The position numbers and the translations under genes are program-made. The notes under the pieces are model-generated. The model was not told where the DNA came from. It worked only from the letters and a program-made list of their open reading frames with translations, and made no database searches. A stretch of DNA of 64,000 nt from Gammaproteobacteria bacterium (GTDB lineage Bacteria; Pseudomonadota; Gammaproteobacteria; Eutrophobiales; Eutrophobiaceae): contig OZ241847.1 of assembly GCA_965202915.1 (NCBI GenBank), positions 181,565 through 245,564 on the forward strand, read 5' to 3'. This document shows, piece by piece, positions 21,749-29,606 of the stretch (the stretch's first letter is position 1; the number at the start of each line of letters is the position of its first letter).

Positions 21749-23044
21749 AAGATGGCCGGTTTCAACCTGGGTAACAAGGTAAATCAATTAAGGCCGGCAC
21801 CGGAGATCATTCCGCGGGGCGAGCACGCTATTTGCCGGTCGGCGATGAGCAAGAATGCGTTAAAGGTGTTATACCGGCTTAAAAATGCCGGTTACCAGGC
21901 CTATATGGTGGGCGGTGGCGTCAGGGATTTATTGCTGGGCAGGGAACCCAAGGATTTTGACGTGGTAACCGACGCCTTGCCTCAACAGATCAGGGAATTA
22001 TTCAGGAATTGTTATTTGATCGGCCGGCGATTCCGTTTGGCGCATATTCGATTCGGGCGGGAAATCATCGAGGTCTCCACGTTCAGAGCGGCGCATTATG
22101 AGTCGGATGACCGAGGCGGCCATTCGCGGGAGGGCAGGATCATTCGTGATAATGTTTACGGCCGCATCGAAGACGACGTCTGGCGGCGGGATTTCACCGT
22201 GAATGCACTGTTTTACAATATCAAGGATGATTCGGTGGTGGATTACGTCAATGGCGTTGCCGATCTGGAAAAGGGCCAATTGAGACTGATCGGCGACGCC
22301 GAGAAGCGTTATATTGAGGACCCGGTCAGATTGTTAAGGGCGGTGCGCTTTGCGGTAAAGCTGGGGTTTAATATCCACGCCCACAGCGAAGAGCCGATCT
22401 ATAAACTCGGATATCTGTTGGAGGATATTCCCGCTGCAAGATTATTTGAGGAAGTACTCAAGTTGTTCACCGGCGGCGTTTCACTGCAAACTTTCGAGGC
22501 CTTGAGGCATTATGGTTTATTCGGTTATCTGTTTCCATTGACCGAGGCCGTTCTGGCCCGCGAGGAACGCGGTTTCCCGCACACTTTTCTTTGTCACGCC
22601 TTTACCAATACCGATCAAAGATACTCCAATGAGCAACCCTTTACGCCCGGATTTTTAATTGCGGTATTACTATGGGAGCCGATGCTGGAGGTTAAAGAGC
22701 AGCATTTGATGAATGGCATGAATGACGCGGACGCGACCCAATTGGCCATCGACACGGTCATTTCCAAACAAATTTCCATGACCGCAATGCCGAGACGGGT
22801 GACCTGCATTGCTCGTGAAATATGGTTTATGCAGCATCGGCTGATGCATTGTTCCCCAAAACGCAGTAAACGGGTGCTGAGCCATCCCCGATTTCGGGCC
22901 GCCTATGATTTCCTGTTATTGCGCCATCAATCCGGGGAAGAATTGGGGGCACAGGTCGATTGGTGGACTGAGCGGCGTGACGCCGCGCCGCCTGTGCCGG
23001 CAAAATCCCGCCGGGCAAACAAGCCGGAGAAGCCATACCTATAG
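21749..23044 (+). CDS. pcnB: Poly(A) polymerase I
   Basis: Contains MVGGGVRDLLLGREPKDFDV and RRDFTVNAL nucleotidyltransferase motifs and a basic C-terminus. The ORF track opens at a TTG (21695); the ATG at 21749 is preferred. Confidence 0.9.
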   Translation, partial: KMAGFNLGNKVNQLRPAPEIIPRGEHAICRSAMSKNALKVLYRLKNAGYQAYMVGGGVRDLLLGREPKDFDVVTDALPQQIRELFRNCYLIGRRFRLAHIRFGREIIEVSTFRAAHYESDDRGGHSREGRIIRDNVYGRIEDDVWRRDFTVNALFYNIKDDSVVDYVNGVADLEKGQLRLIGDAEKRYIEDPVRLLRAVRFAVKLGFNIHAHSEEPIYKLGYLLEDIPAARLFEEVLKLFTGGVSLQTFEALRHYGLFGYLFPLTEAVLAREERGFPHTFLCHAFTNTDQRYSNEQPFTPGFLIAVLLWEPMLEVKEQHLMNGMNDADATQLAIDTVISKQISMTAMPRRVTCIAREIWFMQHRLMHCSPKRSKRVLSHPRFRAAYDFLLLRHQSGEELGAQVDWWTERRDAAPPVPAKSRRANKPEKPYL

Positions 23045-23078
23045 GACTGAACAGTCAAACTGGTGCGTAGCCTCAACC

Positions 23079-23558
23079 ATGATCAGGGCATATATAGGAC
23101 TTGGCAGCAATCAACAATGTCCGGGCCGGCAGCTCAGGCGGGCACTGAAAACGATTGCATCCACCCCCGGCGTTGTATTGTGCCGGTCATCATCATTTTA
23201 TAAAAGCAAACCGGCGGGCCCTCAAAACCAGCCGGATTTTGTCAATGCGGTAATTGAAATTAAAACCCGACTGGAGGCCAGGCCATTGCTGGATAAATTA
23301 CAGGCGATTGAAAAACAACAGGGGCGAGTTCGCGTCAGGCGCCGGGGGGCGCGCACTCTGGACCTGGATATTCTGTTATACGGCCGGCGGCAAATAAATA
23401 ACCGGCGGCTTATCGTCCCGCATGCGGCCATATCGGATCGCAATTTTGTGTTGTTGCCGCTGGCCGAGATAACCCCGGATCTGGATATACCCGGGCTCGG
23501 TTCCGTCGCGGCGTTGTTACAGTGCCATGGCACGGCTGATATTGAGAGGATCGGATGA
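23079..23558 (+). CDS. folK: 2-amino-4-hydroxy-6-hydroxymethyldihydropteridine pyrophosphokinase
   Basis: From the internal ATG at 23079: MIRAYIGLGSN...FVNAV...WGARTLDLDILLYG...PHAAISDRNFVLLPLAEI, a canonical HPPK. The upstream part of the track ORF overlaps the end of pcnB. Confidence 0.9.
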   Translation: MIRAYIGLGSNQQCPGRQLRRALKTIASTPGVVLCRSSSFYKSKPAGPQNQPDFVNAVIEIKTRLEARPLLDKLQAIEKQQGRVRVRRRGARTLDLDILLYGRRQINNRRLIVPHAAISDRNFVLLPLAEITPDLDIPGLGSVAALLQCHGTADIERIG

Positions 23559-24196
23559 ACAGATATCCCGATTATATCGTGGTTGAAGGCCCGATAGGCG
23601 TGGGTAAAACCACCCTCGCAAAACGTCTGGCCGGGACCTTTAACACCGATCTGATGCTTGAGCTGACGGATGACAATCCCTTTTTGTCGCGGTTTTACGC
23701 CGACCGGCGTACTTTCGCGCTGCCCACACAGTTGTGTTTTTTACTTCAGCGCGCCAGGCAAATACAAAACCTGCGGCAAACGGATATGTTCAGGCCGGTA
23801 CAGGTCTCCGATTTTTTACTGGAAAAGGATAAGTTGTTTGCCAATATTGTGCTGGATGATGATGAGTTATCACTGTATCAGCAGGTCTATGAAAAGCTGG
23901 CTTTGGATGCCCCCCGGCCGGATCTGGTGATTTATTTGCAGGCGCCGCCGGAGGTGTTATTGCGGCGCGTGAGCGAACGCGGTCACGACTATGAAAAACA
24001 GATCGACCGGGCCTATATGCAGCGGGTGAACAACGCCTATATTGAATTTTTTCATTATTATAATGATGCGCCATTGCTGATCGTGAATACCGATGATTTT
24101 GACCTGGTCGGCGGCGACCGGGAATATCAGCTTTTGCTGGAACAGATCCGCGGCCCTGCGCACGGCAGGCATTATTTTAATCCCGGGTCGATATGA
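23555..24196 (+). CDS. Deoxynucleoside kinase family protein
   Basis: 213 aa. P-loop VEGPIGVGKTT and the dNK-type DRxxxE-like core are present. It has the usual position between folK and panB. Confidence 0.8.
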   Translation: MNRYPDYIVVEGPIGVGKTTLAKRLAGTFNTDLMLELTDDNPFLSRFYADRRTFALPTQLCFLLQRARQIQNLRQTDMFRPVQVSDFLLEKDKLFANIVLDDDELSLYQQVYEKLALDAPRPDLVIYLQAPPEVLLRRVSERGHDYEKQIDRAYMQRVNNAYIEFFHYYNDAPLLIVNTDDFDLVGGDREYQLLLEQIRGPAHGRHYFNPGSI

Positions 24197-24990
24197 ACGA
24201 CGGGATCACGATAACCGCGTTGCGTGCGATGAAGCGGGCCGGTGAAAAGATAGCCTGCCTGACCGCCTATGACGCCTGTTTTGCCCGCTTGCTTGATGAC
24301 GCCGGTATTGAATTAATACTGGTCGGTGATTCATTGGGTATGGTTTTGCAGGGCGAAGACTCGACCCTGAAGGTGAAGATGGCCGACATGATTTATCATA
24401 CTCGGCTCACCGCCGCCGGCCGGCGGCGCGCATTATTGGTTGCCGATATGCCCTTCATGAGCTATGCGACGCCGGCTCAGGCCCTTGGCAACGCCGCCCG
24501 TCTGGTGGGTGAGGGCGGTGCCGAGGTGGTCAAAATCGAAGGCGGGCGGGAGGCGGTTGACGTGGTCTCACTCTTGAACGCCAAAGGCATGGCCGTATGC
24601 GGCCACCTGGGATTAACGCCGCAATCGGTGCATAAACTCGGCGGTTACCGGGTCCAGGGCAAACAACCCGCCGATGCCGAACAAATCAAACAGGATGCCC
24701 TTGCCCTGCAGGATGCCGGGGCGGTATTGCTTGTGCTTGAGTGCGTGCCCGCGTCCCTGGCCGCGAAAATCAGTGATATGCTGGCGATACCGGTTATCGG
24801 CATAGGCGCCGGCCGCGGTTGTGATGGCCAGGTGTTGGTTTTGCACGACCTGCTTGGCGTCAACCCGCAACCGAATAAATTTTCCAAAGTATTCCTCAGC
24901 GGCTCGGCATCGATTGCCACCGCGGTACAAAATTACGTTGCGGCCGTTAAATCGGGGGCGTTTCCGGCCCTGGAACACCAATTCGACTAA
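24193..24990 (+). CDS. panB: 3-methyl-2-oxobutanoate hydroxymethyltransferase
   Basis: 265 aa. Contains LTAYDA, LVGDSLGMV, KIEGG and GHLGLTPQS motifs. Confidence 0.95.
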   Translation: MNDGITITALRAMKRAGEKIACLTAYDACFARLLDDAGIELILVGDSLGMVLQGEDSTLKVKMADMIYHTRLTAAGRRRALLVADMPFMSYATPAQALGNAARLVGEGGAEVVKIEGGREAVDVVSLLNAKGMAVCGHLGLTPQSVHKLGGYRVQGKQPADAEQIKQDALALQDAGAVLLVLECVPASLAAKISDMLAIPVIGIGAGRGCDGQVLVLHDLLGVNPQPNKFSKVFLSGSASIATAVQNYVAAVKSGAFPALEHQFD

Positions 24991-25824
24991 ATGCGTCAGA
25001 TCGGCACCATCCCGGCACTGAGACAATATATCCACAACCGCACTCGGCGTCCGATTGTGGTGGTGCCCACCATGGGTAATTTGCATGCGGGGCATCTGGC
25101 CCTGGTTGAGAGGGCAAAAGGCATGCAACCGGGCTGTGTGATCGCCACCATCTTTGTCAATCCGCTGCAATTCAGCCCGGGTGAAGATTATAATAGTTAC
25201 CCCAGGAGCCTGGGTGCGGACGTTCACCAATTGGACGCCGCCGGCGTTGACGCAGTATTTACCCCCAGGATCAATGAACTCTATCCCGCCGGCGTCAAGC
25301 ACGGTACCAGAGTGACGGTGCCGGAACTGGAAAATCTTTATTGCGGCAAATTTCGTCCCGGACATTTTGCCGGCGTCGCCACCGTGGTGGCTAAATTATT
25401 CAATATCATATCGCCCGATCACGCCGTGTTTGGCGAAAAGGATTATCAGCAACTCATCATTATCCGGCGGCTGGTCGACGATCTGCACTTGCCGGTCAAG
25501 ATCATAGGCGTACCCACGGTGCGCGAATCGGACGGTCTGGCAATGAGTTCACGCAATCACTATCTGCGTGAAGATGAGCGCTTGAAGGCGCCGTTACTGT
25601 ATCAAACCCTGGCGCAGATGGCGGCCGGGATTGCCGGCGGAGATACCGACTATCAACCATTGCAGCGGGCCGCGGTCGAAGAATTATCCGAACATGGTTT
25701 TAAGACCGACTATATCGAAGTCTGCGACGCGCATACTCTGGGCCGGCCCAATGGCGGTGATCGGGTGATATTGGCCGCGGCCTGGTTGGGTCGGGCGCGA
25801 CTGATTGATAATATTGCGGTGTAG
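24991..25824 (+). CDS. panC: Pantoate-beta-alanine ligase
   Basis: 277 aa. Contains PTMGNLHAGHL, FVNPLQF, FGEKDYQQ and MSSRN motifs. Confidence 0.95.
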   Translation: MRQIGTIPALRQYIHNRTRRPIVVVPTMGNLHAGHLALVERAKGMQPGCVIATIFVNPLQFSPGEDYNSYPRSLGADVHQLDAAGVDAVFTPRINELYPAGVKHGTRVTVPELENLYCGKFRPGHFAGVATVVAKLFNIISPDHAVFGEKDYQQLIIIRRLVDDLHLPVKIIGVPTVRESDGLAMSSRNHYLREDERLKAPLLYQTLAQMAAGIAGGDTDYQPLQRAAVEELSEHGFKTDYIEVCDAHTLGRPNGGDRVILAAAWLGRARLIDNIAV

Positions 25825-25869
25825 CATTGGGCTTGAATGAAACCGGTTTATCGGACATACTCTTCACCT

Positions 25870-26253
25870 ATGAACCATATAACCGTACTTAAAGCCAAAC
25901 TGCATCAAGCCTGTGTGACCCATGCGGAACCGGATTATGACGGTTCCTGCGCGATAGATAAGCATTTGCTGGACAAAGCCGGCATCCATGAATATGAGCA
26001 AATACAAATCTATAATATCAGCAACGGCGAACGACTGACCACCTATGCCATTTGTGCCGAACCGCATTCCCATATTATTTCCGTTAATGGCGCCGCCGCC
26101 CATAAGGCCGCTCCCGGTGATCGCGTCATTATCTGCGCCTATGTATCCCTGGCCGAGGATCGATTAAAGCAATATAAACCCACCCTGGTATATCTGGACC
26201 AGCACAACGGCATTACCGGGATTAAAGACCGCATCCCGGTGCAGGCCGCCTGA
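25870..26253 (+). CDS. panD: Aspartate 1-decarboxylase proenzyme
   Basis: From ATG 25870: [30 protein letters not shown], with the G-S self-cleavage site, then ISVNGAAAH. Confidence 0.95.
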   Translation: MNHITVLKAKLHQACVTHAEPDYDGSCAIDKHLLDKAGIHEYEQIQIYNISNGERLTTYAICAEPHSHIISVNGAAAHKAAPGDRVIICAYVSLAEDRLKQYKPTLVYLDQHNGITGIKDRIPVQAA

Positions 26254-26365
26254 TGCCGTCGACGTTGCCGCGATAAACATTGTTGCAGCCCGGGATTGGT
26301 TATTATCCGCGCACCGCTCCCACCGGCGCGGCCCTGGGGCGTCCGCAACCAAAACAGACAAGCAG

Positions 26366-27097
26366 ATGCAATACCGCGCCGCGTTGATCATCATTGGCAA
26401 TGAAATTCTTTCCGGCAGAACCCAGGACCGGAATCTCGCCTTTATCGGCCAACAATTGGACCCACTTGGGATAAGCCTGGATGAATGCCGCGTCATACCC
26501 GATCTGGAAAAGGTGATTATCGACGCGATCAATGATTATAAAAACAGATTTCACTACGTGTTCACCACCGGCGGCATAGGTCCGACCCACGATGATATTA
26601 CCAGCGCCTCGGTCGCCCGATGTTTTGATCGACCGCTTGTGCGCAATCCTCAGGCGGTTGCCAAACTGAGCCGGTTTCATAATGGCGGTGAATTAAACGA
26701 AGCCCGCCTGAAAATGGCGGATATTCCCGATGGTGCCGCGCTGATCGATAATCCCGTCAGCGGCGCTCCCGGATTTCAGATCGACAACGTCTATGTATTG
26801 CCGGGTGTTCCGGTCATTATGCAGGCGATGTTTGTCGGAATAACCGAAGGTCTCGCCGGCGGTGCCGCGATAATCACGGCCAATATCTTTACCGATCTGC
26901 GCGAAGGCAGTCTTGCCAAACCATTGGAGCTGATACAGAGGCGATATAACGACGTCAGCATAGGCAGTTATCCATCCTTCAAGAATCGCAACCCGGGCGT
27001 CAATCTGGTATTACGCACCACCGACGCGGACAAGTTGGAACGGGCAAAACAGGACGTCGAGAAAATGATCATCGACCTTGGAGGCACACTGACTTGA
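26366..27097 (+). CDS. CinA-N-terminal-like molybdopterin-binding (MoCF_BD) domain protein
   Basis: Contains IIGNEILSGRTQDRN and TTGGIGPTHDDIT motifs. It has no C-terminal PncC deamidase domain. Confidence 0.8.
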   Translation: MQYRAALIIIGNEILSGRTQDRNLAFIGQQLDPLGISLDECRVIPDLEKVIIDAINDYKNRFHYVFTTGGIGPTHDDITSASVARCFDRPLVRNPQAVAKLSRFHNGGELNEARLKMADIPDGAALIDNPVSGAPGFQIDNVYVLPGVPVIMQAMFVGITEGLAGGAAIITANIFTDLREGSLAKPLELIQRRYNDVSIGSYPSFKNRNPGVNLVLRTTDADKLERAKQDVEKMIIDLGGTLT

Positions 27098-27205
27098 ACA
27101 GGCCGGTAACAAGCGTTACTATTGCACTGTTTCCGGGGGCAATACCCTGGGTGAAATACATGACCGCCCCGTCATCAAAATGATCATGATCCCGTTGAGC
27201 TGAAA

Positions 27206-27721
27206 ATGTCCACGATAACACAAAGATTAACGTTGCTGGCCGAACATGATGGTTCCAAAGAAAGGTTATTGGAATTAATGCAATCCTGTGGCTTTTTTTC
27301 AGACCTTGATTTGGATGAAATAGAAATGCTGGGATACTGGGTCAAGGCATTTTCAGCGCCCGCCCGCACAACCATCCTGCACGAAGGGGACGCCGAGCTT
27401 TTACTGTGCATTGTTGTAGAAGGGGCGATCAATATCTTTAAAAAGGTGCATACCGAAGAAGAACACGTAAAAGTTGCCGAGATCCTGGCAGGGGCAAGTT
27501 TTGGTGAAATGGGAGTCATTGACCGCCTGCCATTATCCGCCACCGCCATTGTCGCCGAGGACGCGGTAATATTGACTATTAACGCCGAGAATTTTCAGAA
27601 TCTCATCACCAAGAACAGCAATCTTGGGGTGAAAATCCTGCTCAAACTTGCCAGAATTCTCGTTGGCCGGCTGCGGAGCACCACCAGCCTCTGGGCTGAT
27701 TTATTTTCGAGTCGCAAATAA
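27206..27721 (+). CDS. Stand-alone cyclic-nucleotide-binding domain protein
   Basis: 171 aa. Carries the FGEMGVIDRLPLSATAIV cNMP-binding cassette after an N-terminal ~40 aa. Confidence 0.8.
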   Translation: MSTITQRLTLLAEHDGSKERLLELMQSCGFFSDLDLDEIEMLGYWVKAFSAPARTTILHEGDAELLLCIVVEGAINIFKKVHTEEEHVKVAEILAGASFGEMGVIDRLPLSATAIVAEDAVILTINAENFQNLITKNSNLGVKILLKLARILVGRLRSTTSLWADLFSSRK

Positions 27722-28047
27722 CGCGTTCAATCACCGGTTTGCCTGTAAGGGACGAACGAATTGGCTCAACCGGTTTCATCTCTCCGAACATTGACGCACC
27801 ATCCGGCAGCTTCGGGTTGGTTTCATCATCGGCGGCCATAAGCCTGTTATGTTTGTGCCGTCGCGCAGTGCCGTTTAATTTGGAATTTTGCCGGCTTCGG
27901 TTTTGAGTCAGGCAGTGAAAGTATTTTTCAGACCGGGTGTATCCTCTGCGGACTGATTTGTTCCACGACAAAACCGGCGCGGTGGCGCGGCTACACTCTT
28001 TGATTGACTTTAGTTTATGATCGGTATTTACTGATATATCTATTTCT

Positions 28048-28073
28048 GGTATTTATTTCCGGTATTTATTTCC
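28048..28073. repeat. Two perfect tandem copies of GGTATTTATTTCC
   Basis: Direct reading of 28048-28060 and 28061-28073. A third partial copy (GGTATTTAC) lies at 28023-28031. The repeat sits about 50 nt upstream of the HNH gene start. Confidence 0.9.
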
Positions 28074-28120
28074 GGCACTCATGATCATCTGATGATGATC
28101 CGGGCATAGGCAAGCATGGT

Positions 28121-28717
28121 ATGACTGCATTGATATTACGATTGGATATTTCCGGCGCACCGCTAAGGTGGATACCCTGGCAACATGCGATCTGTTTATA
28201 CAGCCGGGACCGGGTGGCATGGACCGCAGGCGACAGCGTGTTCACTTTTCGCGGCGGCATATCGCGCCTCACCGGCAGGAAATCCCGGGTCGAGGTGAAT
28301 TCCATCATCGCGGTGAAATGCTCCCGGATCGGCGGCTATCGACGGGTTATTCCGCCGTTGACCAACCGGGAATTATTTTTGCGCGACGCCAATCTGTGCC
28401 TGTACTGCGGCGGCCAGTATCATAAGAGTGAACTGACCCGCGATCATGTGATCCCGTTGTCCAGGGGCGGCAAGGATAGATGGTTGAACGTGGTGGCCGC
28501 GTGCAAACGCTGCAATACCCGCAAGGGCAATAGAACCCCGGAAATAGCCGGCATGCCGTTATTGGCGGTGCCGTACGTGCCTAATTGGGCTGAATATCTG
28601 GCGTTGTCGAATCGCAGGATTCTGGCCGACCAGATGGAATTTTTGAAACAACAATTTTCCGACCGGCGGCGCTCTTTTGCGGCTGCCGGGTGCGGTTTAA
28701 ACGGGGGTGTGATATGA
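28121..28717 (+). CDS. HNH endonuclease family protein
   Basis: Contains CLYCGG ... DHVIPLSRGG ... N ... ACKRCNTRKG, that is, the HNH/zinc-knuckle core, preceded by an unassigned ~95-aa N-terminal domain. Confidence 0.85.
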   Translation: MTALILRLDISGAPLRWIPWQHAICLYSRDRVAWTAGDSVFTFRGGISRLTGRKSRVEVNSIIAVKCSRIGGYRRVIPPLTNRELFLRDANLCLYCGGQYHKSELTRDHVIPLSRGGKDRWLNVVAACKRCNTRKGNRTPEIAGMPLLAVPYVPNWAEYLALSNRRILADQMEFLKQQFSDRRRSFAAAGCGLNGGVI

Positions 28718-29082
28718 GGGTATTAGTGGCGGTATTTTTTACACTTTGCATTGCGTGCTTTGGCGTCGCGGCGACCGACGGCGCCGGCAATTACGCGGTT
28801 TGGGGCAAGGGCAAGCAGTCTTGTTTTTCTTATAGTCGGGCTCGGCAGGATGATGATATTCGGGATTATAAAAATTATACCATGGGTTATCTGACCGCCA
28901 CCAACATAATGATGGAGCAGACTTACAGTATTTCTGGTAAAATGCATCTCGATGAAATTTTTCAATGGATGGACGAATATTGTCAGGATAACCCGATGTC
29001 TTCATATGAGGGGGCGTTGACCGAGTTTGCACTCAGTCATTTCGAGGCACGCTCCAAATCCAGTTCAAGCGCTTCATGGTAA
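28714..29082 (+). CDS. Small secreted Cys-containing hypothetical protein
   Basis: The ATG at 28714 overlaps the HNH stop (ATGA). Signal peptide MRVLVAVFFTLCIACFGVAA. The mature protein is about 100 aa with 2 Cys. No family recognised. Confidence 0.6.
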   Translation: MRVLVAVFFTLCIACFGVAATDGAGNYAVWGKGKQSCFSYSRARQDDDIRDYKNYTMGYLTATNIMMEQTYSISGKMHLDEIFQWMDEYCQDNPMSSYEGALTEFALSHFEARSKSSSSASW

Positions 29083-29140
29083 GATATTTTGGTCGGGTGG
29101 CGGGTTTTATACCGCATAATGACGCGAAAAATAATTTTCA

Positions 29141-29170
29141 TTGGCAGTGATATGTTGGTATTGTTAGAAT
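29141..29170 (+). promoter_or_regulatory. Possible sigma70 promoter of the OprI/Lpp-like gene
   Basis: TTGGCA (29141-29146), an 18-nt spacer ending in TGT (extended -10), then TAGAAT (29165-29170). It lies about 60 nt upstream of the ATG. Confidence 0.35.
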
Positions 29171-29230
29171 GGTTGGGTTAAATTTTGTTATTGTTCATGG
29201 TTGTTGCAATTTTAATAGGAGAAATAAACT

Positions 29231-29521
29231 ATGCAAAAAGTTACTAAGGCATTGATTATTGCACTGGCGTTAGGGATGCTCGGCGGCTGTGCCGACGTGG
29301 CGCGTACGAATACTCAATTGGATGAGGCCAGGGCTGCGGCCGCGGCGGCAAAGGCGAAAGCTGATGATGCCTATAAGCTGGCTCAGTCGGCAAATGAAGT
29401 CGCTTCAGAGGCGGCTTACAATGCTACTCAGGCGCAAAAAACCGCGGATTCGGCACTCGATTGTTGTAATAAGAATTCAAGCAAGATCGAGCGCATGTTC
29501 AAGAAGGCAATGCGGAAATAA
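29231..29521 (+). CDS. OprI/Lpp-like alanine-zipper major outer-membrane lipoprotein
   Basis: Lipobox LGMLGG-C and an Ala/Lys/Gln-rich helical body. The C-terminal ...AMRK (terminal Lys) matches peptidoglycan-linked Lpp/OprI. Strong RBS AGGAG. Confidence 0.8.
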   Translation: MQKVTKALIIALALGMLGGCADVARTNTQLDEARAAAAAAKAKADDAYKLAQSANEVASEAAYNATQAQKTADSALDCCNKNSSKIERMFKKAMRK

Positions 29522-29543
29522 GGGTCGGAGACGGCTAGTGACA

Positions 29544-29571
29544 AGCCCCGCCTGTGCGGGGCTTTTTTTTT
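29544..29571 (+). terminator. Rho-independent terminator
   Basis: AGCCCCGC-CTGT-GCGGGGCT hairpin followed by a run of 9 T, 22 nt after the lipoprotein stop. It lies between convergent genes. Confidence 0.85.
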
Positions 29572-29606
29572 GCCGGATGGATGGGATGGACGATCCGATG
29601 GCCCGT

